64,000 bases of DNA from Octopus sinensis (Eukaryota). A program made the position numbers and the translations under genes. The notes below the pieces were generated by a model. That model searched no databases. It saw only the letters and a program-made list of their open reading frames with translations, and was not told where the DNA came from. The DNA is taken from positions 4,092,001 through 4,156,000 of the forward strand of contig NC_043002.1 of NCBI RefSeq assembly GCF_006345805.1. Reading direction: 5' to 3'. Positions 37,561-51,110 of the stretch are shown one piece after another (within the stretch, counting starts at the first letter, position 1; every line of letters begins with the position of its first letter).

Positions 37561-39379
37561 GTAGTGTTGGATTACCTTGTAGGGAAAATGACCGTACATA
37601 AGGAGTTGGTGACAGAAATGTCTCCTTTTAAACGCCGCACGGTCGTCCCACAAAAGAAGAAGCCAAAATACAAGGTATAAAAAGAATAAGTGCCAAAAGG
37701 AATAATGAGGACGACAACCGTTCTGCTGTTTGAGAGAGAAGACTTTATTTACAGATGTGTACAATAAGATAAAGTATGGGTGCTAGTGATTTGCTGGTGC
37801 CTTTTATAACCTGAGGTGGGCTCCAGTGAAACCCCAAAAAGACTGTGTCATGGGACCTTATCCGAAGGCCATGATTGGTTGACTTACACACTGGTGTGAA
37901 ATAAGACTGCACCAATCCTGTCCTTGCTGTATTATTGCTGTCCTGTTGTCCTCCGCCCCCCTCTGTATACCCGGGTTTCACAAGTGACTGCATTTCCCAA
38001 CCCCACACTTCATGTGAAGTCTCTACTTCCTAGTCAGGCATCTTTGGCAACACCTTACCATTTATATTCTGACCCTGGACCTTGAGACTAAGCCCTGGCA
38101 CTTCACCATCTATTTCTCTCTTGCTCTACTCTACCATCCTATTTACATTCTGATCACCGTTCCTTGTGAGTGTGTCCAAGCACTTTACCACCATCTTTCT
38201 CCAGCTCCCTCTTGCCCACCCCTCTCTCTCTCTCACCAGGTAACCATGTATCTCCTCCACAGAAAGACACCTGTTTCTGTCTCTCTGTCATGCTCTAACC
38301 ATTCATAATCTGGTGTGTTTACGTCCCTGTAACTTAACAGTTCGGCAAAAGAGACTGATAGAATAAGTACAAGGCTTACAAAGAATAAGTCCTGGGGTCG
38401 ATTTGCTCGACTAAAGGCGGTGCTCCAGCACGGCCACCGACAAAATAACTGAAACAAGTAAAAGAGTAAAAGAGTATATATATGAAGGCACATGGCTTAG
38501 TGGTTGGGATATTCAGTCCACGATCCTAAGGTTGTGAGTTCAATTCCTGGCAACGCGTTGTGTCCTTGCAGTTTATTCTTCTGTTGTTCTTCTCCACTCA
38601 GCTGGCAAAAAGAAGTGGTACTTGTATTTCAAAGAGCCAACCTTGTCACATTCTGTCACAAAGTTGTACATGTTGGATAAATATGTAAGAATTTTCCAAC
38701 ATACTGTTTTGTTTTAAATATTTGATTAATGAGACAGAAGATGGAAGATATGAGAAAGTTTATTGATCACTACGACTGCTTCGACCCATCTAGCATTGAT
38801 ACTGAACATTGATGCTGAACATCATCTGGCTTAAGTGCATCTGTCGGTGTATATGTGTCTCTTCAGGTGATTACAAGATGTATCTCATTAAAATAATGTC
38901 TGTTCAGCAATATTTCTTCTCAGTACCTGTATTCAAAAGCAGCCAATTAAGGGATACAGCTTCATTATTATATTAGATCAATATAATTCTTATATTCAAT
39001 CAATAACAAATATGAGATCTAAAAAGAAACAAATACACAATACTGCTTGTCGAAGTATAACTACTTATGGAAAGTAGTAAATTTCTTGGATGTTACTATG
39101 GAACCGCACAAAGAGAGGACATCCATGAGACATGAGGTTGCTGGTTCTAATCCAGAATTTGGCAAGCTTTCTACCACCAGTTCAAGATCATCTGTAAAGA
39201 GTTGCTCAGCCACTCAAGATGCTGCCAAATATCTCCATTGCCATAGGTTAGAAAAGAAACGACAATGTTCTCAAGCTGTCTACCTGATGGTTTGAAATCA
39301 CATCCTTCCAGTTGGCAGAATCTGTACATTCAATTGTGTTCACTACAGAAATTTTGCTATCCATAGTGGCAAAAGAAGA

Positions 39380-39399
<20 letters not shown>

Positions 39400-39418
<19 letters not shown>

Positions 39419-39704
39419 TGAAGTTGTGTGGTGTCTGTCTCCTACGATTTAGATTCCTAACTACTCCCACATTTTGCGGTGCAGTGTAACCAAAACCGGG
39501 TATCTTATAGTCGTGATTCATATCGAGCCCTTCTGGGTATTAGCGCACATCTACGATGAGTCTACGATTAAAAAAAAATTTACCATCATTTTTTTCCATT
39601 TTTAATGCACTTTTTTTGCTATTATATAAGAGAAGTAACTCTCTAAAAATGCTTATATAGTTATTTCCTTTACAAACCCGAGCAACGCCGGGCGATACTG
39701 CTAG
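39400..39704 (+). mobile_element. Non-autonomous Helitron
   Basis: 3' hairpin CCCG-agcaacgc-CGGG followed by CTAG|T; 5' TATATAAAA end merged with (TA)n; homologous to 42288-42771. Confidence 0.8.
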
Positions 39705-39740
<36 letters not shown>

Positions 39741-40071
39741 ATATATATACACATATATAGTATTTATTGTGTATGTATATGTATGCCAAGAAGTTTCCTT
39801 GATTATTGTGATTGATGATGATGATGATGATGATGATGAAGTATGTGAAGAACTGCACACAGTTTCCAAATATTAAAACTTTCTTCATGGTGGCTCAGCA
39901 TATCTGAAAAAAAAACCCTGCTAAACTATCCTCAGGTTTTACATCTGACAAGGACTAAGGGTTCAACACTCCCAACACTCGCTCTTGTGAGACACTCATT
40001 CACTGTGATTGATATGTCTATCCCTATACAAATGCTAGTGGTTGACCCTATGTTGGGTTCATCCTTCCTTG

Positions 40072-40300
40072 TGGCGAGCTAGCAGACATGTTAGCGCGCC
40101 GGGCGAAATGATTTGCGGTATTTTTGTCTGTCGTTACGTTCTGAGTTCAAATTCTGCCGAGGTCGCCTTTGCCTTTCATCCTTTCAGGGTCGATAAATAA
40201 AGTACCAGTTTTGTACTGGGGTTGATATAATCGACTCAATCCCTTCGTCTGTCCTTGTTTGTCCCCTCTGTGTTTAGCCCCTTCTGGGCAGTAAAGAAAT
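40072..40300 (+). mobile_element. Family A SINE
   Basis: Full family A body. Confidence 0.88.
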
Positions 40301-40310
40301 ATATATATAT

Positions 40311-40737
40311 ATATACACATTAAATACTATATATATATATATATATATATACACATACACATTAAATACTATATATATATATATATATATATACACATAC
40401 ACATTAAATACTATATATATAAATATATATATTTCTTTATTACCGATAAGGGGCTAAACATAGAGGGGACAAACAAGGACAGACAAAAGGATTAAGTCGA
40501 TTACATCGATCCCAGTGCGTAACTAGTACTTAATTTATCGACCCCGAAAGGATGAAAGGCAAAGTCGTCCTCGGTGGAATTTGAACTCAGAACGTAGTGG
40601 CAGACGAAATACGGCTACGCATTTCGCCCGGCGTGCTAACGTTTCTGCCAGCTGGCCGCCTATATATATATAATATATATATACACATACACATTAAATA
40701 CTATATATATATATACACACACATACACATTAAATAC

Positions 40738-40776
<39 letters not shown>

Positions 40777-40795
40777 TACACATTAAATACTATAT

Positions 40796-40829
<34 letters not shown>

Positions 40830-40925
40830 CACATACACATTAAATACTATATATATTATATATACACATACACATTAAATACTATATATATATATATACA
40901 CATACACATTAAATACTATATATAT
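40311..40925. repeat. AT-rich minisatellite (ACACATACACATTAAATACT plus variable (TA)n), interrupted by a SINE
   Basis: Direct inspection. Confidence 0.9.
40432..40660 (-). mobile_element. Family A SINE (inverted relative to 40072-40300)
   Basis: Reverse-complement family A body. Confidence 0.88.
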
Positions 40926-41214
40926 ATATATATATATATACTCTTCTTTTGCCAGTTGAGAAATATATGCTCTGTTGAGATCCAATGAGACAAACATGTC
41001 TAAAGGCCAGAGCCCACCCCATGCGGCATTTTGCATATTTTCCAAAACCTCAATTGATCCACCAGTTTATAATCTCTCTTGCTTCCTCACCAAATTTTAA
41101 ACACTATGAGGAGCTCCTTTGTTTACAGATTGTAGAGATGAGCTCAGTGAAGAAAGGGGATTCGTAGTGATGATCCTGTAACACCATAGTTTAGATATAA
41201 TTCCTAATCAAATT

Positions 41215-41540
41215 CTGGCCTCCATGCCTGTGGCACGTAAAAGACACCATTCGAGTATGATCGTTACCAGCATCGCCTTACTGGCACCTGTGCCGGTGGC
41301 ATGTGTAAAAGATTTGAGCGAGGTCATTGCCAGTACTGCCTGACTGGCCCCCCTGGTGGCCCGTAAAAGCACTCACTACACTCTTGGAGTGGTTGGCATT
41401 AGGAAGGGCATCCAGCTGTAGAAACTCTGCCAGATCAAGATTGAAGCCTGGTGCGGCCGTCTGGTTTGCCAGCCCTCAGTCAAACCGTCCAACCCATGCT
41501 AGCATGGAAAGCGGACGTTAAACGATGATGATGATGATGT
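41215..41540 (+). mobile_element. SINE-like family C copy
   Basis: Family C body and tail. Confidence 0.85.
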
Positions 41541-42287
41541 TCCATAAATGTATATAAAGAAAGGCATGAATGCTACAATTCCTCTTCTATTGTTTAAAGT
41601 CAATAACACTGATCACCCATTGATGGGCAAATACTTTCGATTGCAAAATTTTCCCAACAACTGAATATTTAAGCATAAACAATAAAAATTGGTCTACATA
41701 AGTAAACAGAGGAGCCTCTATTTGCTTGAAAGAGCAGCCAAATTTTCTCAAATGCACTTTATTAACTTCAACAAAAAAAGAACATTGCTTAACAGAGATA
41801 AGGCCATTGTGGTTGGAACCCCTTGGAGTTAAAAAACTGAGGTTACCGACCACTGCTCAACCTTCCAAAAATAGCAGCTAAATTTCCCCAATCATAATTA
41901 TAATGGTTAAAGCTTGAATAACTTCCATGTCATCACAAACAAGAATTATTATGTTAGAATAGTTTTTAATCCCAGCTGGTACCGCAACAAGATGTTATAT
42001 AGTAACTAAATGGACAAAACAAGCTGATCTTGTTTACACAGCTGTTAGCCGTGACATTTGCTACATGCAAATTAAAAATAAGTCTAGTACAGAGGGAGGC
42101 AGTCACAGGGATAATGATAAATTACCTTTTTTGCATTGGTCATGAAAAAGACGGGATTGTGGTAGAGAGGTAGCAAACTTTTTGTTTCACTCAACATTAT
42201 CCAATGCAACCTTTCCCCTTGGAATCAAATCACCACACACAGGTTCTCTCACCATAACAGTGAGGGTATTGAAATCATCTGAATTAA

Positions 42288-42771
42288 TCTTTATATATAA
42301 AAGTCAAGTTGTGTGTCTGTCTCCTACGATTTAGATTCCTAACTACTCCCACATTTTGCGGTGCAGTTTAACCAAATCTTATAGTTGTGATTCATATCGA
42401 GCCCTTCTGGGTATTAGCGCACGTCTACGACGAGTCTACGATTTAAAAAAAAATTTACCATAATTTTTTTCCATTTTAATGCATTTTTTTGCTATTATAT
42501 AAGGGAAGTAACTCTCTAAAAATGTCTACGATGAGTCAACGATTTAAAAAAAAATTTACCATAATTTTTTTCCATTTTAATGCATTTTTTCGCTATTATA
42601 TAAGGGAAGTAACTCTCTAAAAATGTCTACGATGAGTCAACGATTTAAAAAAAAAAAAATTTACCATCATTTCTTTTCCATTTTTAATGCATTTTTTTGC
42701 TACAACTCTCTAAAAATGTTTATATAGTTATTTCCCTTACAAACCCGAGCAATGCCGGGCAATACTGCTAG
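42288..42771 (+). mobile_element. Non-autonomous Helitron with internal ~103-bp tandem triplication
   Basis: A|TC 5' end (TCTTTATATATAAAA), 3' CCCG..CGGG hairpin, CTAG|T end, no TSD. Confidence 0.88.
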
Positions 42772-42857
42772 TAGCTTATACAACTAGATGACTAGTTGTA
42801 TATAAGGCAGAATTTATTAGCTAAGGTTACAAATATCAATGTATACTAACTGGAGTA

Positions 42858-42981
42858 CAGGGTGTCCACAAAGTTTGGGTACATGGAGTAAATAAAATCA
42901 TAACATGAATTAAATATAAGAAATAATAATTTCTTAAAGTATGTGTTAATCCCCGTGTACCTTGACTTTGTGGACACTCTG
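42858..42981. mobile_element. Tc1/mariner MITE, 124 bp
   Basis: TA-CAGGGTGTCCACAAAGT ... ACTTTGTGGACACTCTG-TA. Confidence 0.9.
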
Positions 42982-43027
42982 TAGACTGTGACAAAGATAA
43001 TTCTCTGTTCTAGCAGAGAGCGTGTTG

Positions 43028-43146
43028 GATGTATAATATAGCTAAACTCAAACAGTAAATGGTGACTGGTGTAGCTCTGATCAAAGATGTATAATATAGC
43101 TAAACTCAAACAGTAAATGGTGACTGGTGTAGCTCTGATCAAAGAT
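43028..43146. repeat. 58-bp tandem duplication
   Basis: GATGTATAATATAGCTAAACTC... at 43028 and 43086. Confidence 0.9.
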
Positions 43147-44005
43147 AGGCATTTTACTCCTCTGAGTTGAGTATGTGTGTGTGTTGTGGAGTAGCAGGAT
43201 CACTTAACTGCTATTTCTAGCAGTCAAATATACAGACTTGGGGAGCAAGACAGCAAATGGATTAAAAAGACTAGGGAGAAACTAATTTTACTGTCAGCTC
43301 CCTTTTGGGAGATGACTGCATTTCTACATGAGCAGACATTAAACAGAAGGTAATGTAGGTGTGAGAGTTGTTTGGTAGAACGTTTGCTTCCCAATCACAT
43401 GGTCTTGGGTTCAGTCCCACTGCATGTCATCTTAGGCAAAATTTCCTATTAAAGACCTAGACTTGGTAGAAGGAAATTGAAAGAAACCCATCGTATGAAT
43501 ATGTGTGTGTGTGTGCGTATGTTACTGTCTTGACTCTGTGTGATGGTTGTAAACAAATGTCCTTTGTTTCCAGTCATCCATGAAAATACACCTGGTCACT
43601 GGTAATATTATCTTGTAAACAGGTGAGGGTTGGCTGCAGGCAGGGCACCCAGTCGTAGAAAGTTCAGCTGACACAAACCAGCATGGAAAAGAAGTGAATG
43701 TTAAAACGATGATGAAATGTAGCCCTCCTCGGATATTTCCTCGAGTAATAGGATATTACACACTGCCTTCTAGTAATAAGTTTATTACTGGCGCCATTTT
43801 AGTTAGATACCCAGTTTTCCTCATGTGGACATTTTGGGGACAGCCTGATAGCCATTACTCCTCACATGGCCATTTTTGGAAACCTATCATTTGGCAATCT
43901 TACAGATATACTTTGCAAGGACACCTCAGATTGCCAAGATGAATCCAACAACCCAAGCTTAATTGATTATTTATTCACAAATTAAAATACAATTTCTAGA
44001 TAAAC

Positions 44006-44395
44006 AGGCGTAGGAGTGGCTGTGTGGTAAGTAGCTTGCTAACCAACCACATGGTTCTGGGTTCAGTCCCACTGCGTGGCACCTTGGGCAAGTGTCTTCT
44101 ACTATAGCCTCGGGCCGACCAAAGCCTTGTGAGTGGATTTGGTAGACGGAAACTGAAAGAAGCCTGTCGTATATATGTATATATATATGTATGCGTGTGT
44201 GTTTGTCCCCCTAGCATTGCTTGACAACCAATGGTGGTGTGTTTACGTCCCCGTCACTTAGCGGTTCGGCAGAAGTGACTGATAGAATAAGTACTAGGCT
44301 TACAAAGAATAAATCCCAGGGTCGATTTGCTCGATTAAAGGCTGTGCTCCAGCATGGCCGCAGTCAAATGACTGAAACAAGTAAAAGAGTAAGAG
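44006..44395 (+). mobile_element. Family B SINE, full length
   Basis: tRNA-like head (TGGTAAG; GGTTCAGTCCC), core and AAGAGT tail. Confidence 0.9.
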
Positions 44396-44902
44396 TTCTT
44401 TGATTATGCCTTGTATCTTTTTTGAAGCAGCTCTCGAGAGTGAAATCCAAATATAAGAAAATTGAACTTTTTACCATATTCCATGCTGGAAATGGAAAAT
44501 GGACTTTGTTCCTACATCATCAGGAATGCAGCAAGTGACTTGTCCATTGGAATGAAATAAGCTGCTACTCTCAATATGTTCTGCATAGAAGGAGGGTGAG
44601 TAGGGTCAGCTTCATGCTAAAGGATGAGGGGATTGAAGCAGGAGTGGGGTTCAGTAGAAATGCAATGAAGAATGATTCATGGTTTTCCAAGTTCTTGTTA
44701 AACCATTTAATATCCAATTCAACTGACACACTTTGGATCAACAGACAGGCCTTGAGTCATGGATATTGGAGCTGAAAAATAGATGAATAATTACTAACCC
44801 GCATTCTTCACAGAAGCATTTGCCACGAATGGGTTGGGTTTGCTTCAGTAATTATTTGCGAATGGAGCATGACACAAAAAGGCTTCTTTGTACTTGCTAC
44901 TT

Positions 44903-45235
44903 ACTCTTTTACTTGTTTCAGTCATTTGACTGTGGCCATGCTGGAGCACTGCCTTTAGTCGAGCAAATCGACCCCGGGACTTATTCTATCGGTCTCTTTT
45001 GCCGAACTGCTAAGTTATGGGGACGTAAACACACAAGCATCGGTTGTCAAGCAATGCTAGGGGGACAAACACAGACACACACACATATATACGGTGGGCT
45101 TGTCTACCAAATCCACTCACAAGGCTTTGGTCGGCCCGAAGCTATAGAAGACACTTGCCCAAGGTGCCACACAGTGGGACTGAACCCAGAACCATGTGGT
45201 TGGTAAGCTAGCTACTTACCACACTGCCACTCCTA
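44903..45235 (-). mobile_element. Family B SINE
   Basis: Reverse-complement family B body. Confidence 0.88.
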
Positions 45236-46081
45236 CTTTGTTGAAAAAACCCCAAAGAAATCAATGTTCAGTTGATGGGCTGCATATATCCATCATTAAC
45301 ATCCAGTTCCTTATTGGCATGGACGGATGGTTTGATAGGATCCATTGTGTTCAAGGACAGCATCATGTCCCGGTGGTTTGGCAGGATTTCTACAGCTGGA
45401 CGCCTTTCTTAATGCCAACCACTTTACAGCATGGAATGGATGCTCTTTCATGCCATCTGCATTACTGAAGTTACCATGTAGTGCAGAGAATACACCCTGG
45501 GGTGAGTAGGTCAGCATCATGCTAAAGGATAAGGAGATTGATGAGAACTGGAGGAAGGCAGCAGCAGCACAGGATCCAGATGGCTGCACCCAACTAGTAG
45601 AGGAGTGGGGGAGAAAAAGGAAATGAACCGTGGGGACTGCTAGAGATAACAGTGATGTGTTTAGATGGCCCCACAAAGTACAAGGTAAGTTGAATTCATT
45701 TGCAAGATTGGATGGGAAGGAGAATGAGGGGATGCATACTGCTAAAATGGGTAGGGTTGAAGGATGACCAAGTAAGGAGCTGCAGATGTAGAAGAGACTG
45801 AAGGGCAAGAGAGATGGATGACATTATTGAGTAGCTTGCAGATGGTGAAGAGAGGCAGGCCTAATGCATGGGAGAGGTAGGAATCACTGTAATGCAAGTA
45901 GAGAGCACTTCTTTTGCTAATGAGGTCTTCTCAAGAGAACCCAGTCTTTTTGTCATCTTTTCCATCAGGCTCAGGATCCCAAAGTCAGCTTTCGTTACCA
46001 TATTTCTGTTGAGATGCTGTGTTTCTTTCAATTATTTTAAATATAACAAAGAATTCAGTAAAATAACATTATTATTATTAA

Positions 46082-46270
46082 CCCTTTCGTTACTGTATTT
46101 ATTTTGAGATGTTCTGTGTTTCTTTCAATTAATTTAAAATATAACAGAAGAATTTAGTAAAATAACTTACTTGTCATTCAGCTAGTGTTAGGATGAAAGA
46201 TTTTAATTCAAAACTTATGAAAACAAGACATTTGTACTACAGAGCCAGAGCTGGGTTGGTAACAAAAGGG
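46082..46270. mobile_element. piggyBac-type MITE, 189 bp
   Basis: TTAA-CCCTTTCGTTAC ... GTAACAAAAGGG-TTAA (11/12 TIR match, TTAA TSD); left end partially duplicated at 45989-46068. Confidence 0.9.
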
Positions 46271-46329
46271 TTAAGCACTTCCTCTCATCCTCTTTTGCAA
46301 GCTCTAGCCACATTAATGAATTTCTCTAC

Positions 46330-47095
46330 GCAACTGCCAGCCTCAGACATACATACACAACACACTCATACTCAAAGACCATGTCTCACTGCAGTCGGAA
46401 CTTTCTCCTAACAGTCCTCACACTAGCTACTACTTTGTCAGAGCAACCACCCACTGCCAGTAACATTTATTAGGCTGGAGACTCAGCTTCCAATGAGTTC
46501 ATATGACCCTACTGCACATGAAACACTTCCAGGTGGTCCATTTAATTCCAAACTTACATCAGTTTCTCCGCATATCAAGCAAGGCCATTTCCTTTCTACT
46601 AAAACTTCTGTCATTGTTAGGTTTACCTTTAAGTCTCCTCAATTTCAGCTTCCATACTTCCAATTCTTCTAATTCCTATATGGATCCAGCTGCACATCAA
46701 GACCCCCTGGAGAGCTTGAAGGCATATGAAAAATAGCAGAGGACTGAACCTTGATCAACACCTACCTCCATCACTTGCTGTACCTTGTACATAGCTCAAA
46801 CTGCCTGCCACAGGCCATTCATCATTTCCCCAATGCCCACTGAATGTCATACTCTGTAAAAGGTTTTCTTTGAAACAAAAGTCAAATATAACAGTTTATT
46901 CTGAAGTTGCCTAAAATGCATATGGTGCTGCTTCTCATCCAGGCCTCTATCACTGATCAACTGGGCTATAACTTTCTCCATAACCTTGGCCTATAAATTT
47001 GATTTCTGTATAATTATTTCTAAGGCTTCCCCTTTGTCCTTATAAAGAAATTTTATAGATGGTTAACACCCACAATATTTATAACCAGTCCATTC
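46330..47095 (-). pseudogene. Decayed RTE-clade reverse transcriptase
   Basis: Broken fragments collinear with RTE RT: KDKGEA..NY (KGKGD..NYRGIKL), KVMEKVI, AV*AMY, VGVDQGSVL, LKVN..T, WPCLIC. Confidence 0.75.
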
Positions 47096-49218
47096 AATAT
47101 CTCTGAAAGGAGCAAAAGAAAATCAAATCCTCTGGTTTTATTGAGATCTGAACTCTATACACATTAGGTTCCAAAGACTAAATTAGAACAGTTTAAAAAT
47201 GAATCGAAATAGAAAGGAACCAGAGCAGTAAACCAACGACTTTTTCCATCCTGAAAATGTTTGTAAAACAAGGTTGCAATAAGATGATTCCCCTTCATTT
47301 GTTGCTTGACATACCTGTTCAATTGTTTTGCATTATTTTATGAAACAGGTAAATTTATTTGTCATTTGGTATGTGGATGTGACTTTTCTAATCTAATTTT
47401 GTTATTGACTTGCTGCAGAAACCCCTTTGGCCTCCTATGCGAGCACAAAGAATATTTAAATAACCCAAATCTTTTCACACTGCTGTTAATCCCATAAATT
47501 AAGATGCAATTTGTTCTGATGAAGATAGAAAAAAAAATGACCGAAAAAGTGTCTTGGTCTAAAGATCAATAATGCTATTTTCCCTGCAACAAAGGCATAT
47601 TTTTTAAAATATAATCATCACTACAAAAGACTGACACATCAAACATGCATATAGAATATAAAATATGATTTTTAAATCCTCATGATTATATGATGAACAT
47701 TTATTCAATATTTACAATATATAGTTTAAAAAAAAAATTTTTTAAAAGTAATTTTGTTGGTTTTGAAGAACTTTTATTCATTTCTTCTACAGAGTGTATA
47801 GAATTCTGGTCCAGTAGAAAATTCCTCATGTGTGTCATCACCATGAAGATCTTGTATATTTGGAATTATATCAAGCACTTGAGAATGCCTCAAATAATAG
47901 TTTTAAATGGATGCTCAATACCATCATCTGCTGTCAGTTTTGAACCTGTGGTTTGGGGGAAAAAAGAAGAAAAATGTATAAGATATATACATGAAAAGGA
48001 AACTTCTGTTGGCTCCAGACTTTCATTACATGTTACATTCAGAAGAGGAGCAAATATAATTAGAATACAAGTCATAACTGTGGCAGAAACAGGATGAATA
48101 TTCTATTGAATTCCTTTTTAGAAATATCTATAATGCATTTGGACTGCTAGACTTTTCACTTGTACTTTCAGCCAAGCCATTGACAGTTCACATTTCTTTT
48201 TACTAAACAGTAAAGTAAATTAGACAAAACATGCAACACAAAGCAATAGATCTAAAGAATGTACGGCAATTAAGAGCACATCCATATCATTAGACTATGA
48301 ACTCACTAAAGAGACGGGGATATCACCACAATTACTGCAAAATCAGTATTAAATCTAATGCAAGAGTCAACAAGAATTTATTCAATGCATCAACAACTTT
48401 TGCTCGAGACCCAAACTCTACACTATGAGAAACAAGAAAAAGGATTAGAGATTAATCTTAGGCCAAGTAATGCCAAAATTATTTCAGCTCCAACCCTAGA
48501 CAAAAAAAAAATACAACCCACACTATGCAAGACACTTTCCATCCAATAGCTCAACTTGTACAAAACACTGAACACAATTCAATAACCTTAACAGATTTTG
48601 TAAATTACAACTATTTCTGGATAGCAGACCATTGACAAAGCTAAGAGACTTAGATTCTTCATGTGCTGGGTGAAATAAAATAAAATCTGGACTCAAGTCT
48701 AAGAGCTGACAATTGCAATTATGTACTAAATCAGTTGTACCGTTTCCGCACAAAATTCAGACTGGGGCGGTATCATTGTCATCACTTTAGTACACTACCA
48801 AGATGAAGTATAAAACCTAACAGGGTTTCAAACAATTTTTAACAGAAACACATCTATTGGATTAACCCTTCTTGACACCCCTTGGGACCTCCTCCGGTAT
48901 GGCAACCTCCTTTTCATAAAGTTATCTGAAAAATCTCCCATCACAATTTCATGCTAAGTTTCATTCCTAACACCAGCTCTTTTACTAAATTCTTCCCTAT
49001 TTTAGCAGAAATATGGCAATGAATGGTTTAAAATCAACTCCTTGCCTCGTGCTAGTTTTATTAGGACTCAAGAAAGGTAAAAAGCAGAAACCAATGCCCA
49101 CCCACCACTACTTGACTAAAGAGACCAATAGAATAAATACCAAGCCTTAAAAAAAAAAAGGTACTGGGTTTCAAATCATTAGACTATGAACTCACTAAAC
49201 AGACTGGGATATCACCAC

Positions 49219-50535
49219 TGTAGCAATATCGTTTCCCCCATTGCTATCTTCACTGTATTAAGAATAATCTTGTTCGAGATTACAAACATCTTCAGCTAGT
49301 TTAATGTTTGTTGTAAACACTAATCCGATTGGTTGACACGTGACGCGATTTGTCTCTACTTAGTTCGCACCACTGGTTGACATGTGACACGACTGGTCTC
49401 TGCACGGTTCGCACCGCTGGTTGCCACGTGACGCGATTTGTCTCCACTTATTTCCGCGCCATTGTTCCAAACAGCCAATCACAGCTTTCCATTTCTGAAG
49501 TTCGTTTGAGCCACCTAACCTGTATATAAGAGAGTGTTTCTCAGACACTTTTCGTCTTAGGTTTCTAGTTCTTCTCAGAACTGACCCCTGACCACAGAGT
49601 TCGTCTTTGGCTTCTAGTCCTGGTGGGGACTAAACCTCTGACCACACAGAGCATACTCAAACATGTTCCAGTTCGAAAGGCAGGCGACCAACAAGCAAAA
49701 CTATCTACGAAGATTTAGCTTGTACCTAAGATGGCTACAGATTCAACTCATACGGTTAGTGTGAAAATCTCACCACGGAAAAACAGTTGCAGAATATCTA
49801 TATCAAGAGAAAACCAACCAAGCAGAATATATAATGAAGACGCTGCAAAAACCAAGCAGCAGACACAACGTCATCGCCAACATCGTCTCTATCTACGAAG
49901 ATTTAACCTGTACACAAGATAACTACAGATTCAACTCAAGCGGTTAGGTGAAAATCTCACCACGGGAAAACGGCTACAGTAAATATATCTGAAAGAATGT
50001 TCATATCAAGAGAAAGATAAACACAACAAGTGATTCAACTAATCTCAGCTCCGAGACACAACATCTTGATATTGAACTCTTACACTTCGTGTACCTCATA
50101 AACAGTAAATCAATTACCTGTCTTTAGTTTTAGTTCTTGTAAGAACTGGCTTCAGAGACAGCGCTGCTCAACCAAATGATATACAATTGTTCCTGCTACA
50201 ACTAGTTACGATGCTAAATGTACACTCAACACGAAGAGTCTACTATCTTTGCCGCCTCCACCATCAGGTACTTTTCTATGTCAATCACATTCACCTTTCG
50301 CTCTGTCACACTCAGAAACACACAGACACAAAACCTGCTAACGCTTACAAACTCCCAACATCAACACGATTGTAAGATAAATAAGGTTTATCGCAAAAGA
50401 GAAGACTAGTCGTCAATCCACTTATGTTTTATTGTTACTGCATGTATTGTACGGCATGTAACAACTCATTAAGAATGGGATCGCGTGCGATTGTATTCCC
50501 TATACGATACAACCGCATATGAACCTGTTCTTATA
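49219..50535 (+). mobile_element. Probable solo LTR, 1317 bp
   Basis: Interrupts a repeat unit with CCAC (or ACCAC) duplicated at both ends; starts TGTAG, ends TTATA (not canonical CA); CCAAT and TATATAAG near 49480-49530; internal ~190-bp direct repeat; no ORF. Confidence 0.7.
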
Positions 50536-51110
50536 CCACAATTACTGCCAAATCAGTATTAAATCTAATGCAAGAGTCAACAAGAATTTATTCAATGCAT
50601 CAACAATTTTTGCTGATGACCCAAACTCTACACTATGAGAAACAAGAAAAAGGATTAGAGATTAATCTTAGGCCAAGTAATGCCAAAATTATTTCAGCTC
50701 CAACCCTAGACAAAAAAAAAATACAACCCACACTATGCAAGACACTTTCCATCCAATAGCTCAACTTGTACAAAACACTGAACACAATTCAATAACCTTA
50801 ACAGATTTTGTAAATTAAAACTATTTCTGGATAGCAGACCAATGACAAAGCTAAGAGACTTAGATTCTTCATGTGCTGGGTGAAATAAAATATAATCTGG
50901 ACTCAAGTCTAAGAGCTGACAATTGCAATTATGTACTAAATCAGTTGTACCGTTTCCGCACAAAATTCAGACTGGGGCGGTATCATTGTCATCACTTTAG
51001 TACACTACCAAGATGAAGTATAAAACCTAACAGGGTTTCAAACAATTTTTAACACAAACGCATCTATTGGATGAACCCTTCTTGACACCACTTGGGACCT
51101 CCTCCAGTAT

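Noticed and set aside
37700-39350. Possible RTE endonuclease and RT remnants (e.g. LFTDDLELVVES near 39190)
   Set aside because: Only isolated short motifs; too decayed to call.
44006-44090. tRNA genes
   Set aside because: A/B-box-like motifs are SINE heads continuous with SINE bodies; no cloverleaf could be supported.
47690-48097. 135-aa ORF, or a minus-strand exon starting at 47945 after a strong pyrimidine tract
   Set aside because: No recognisable homology; the minus-strand reading stops within 19 codons and no convincing donor was found.
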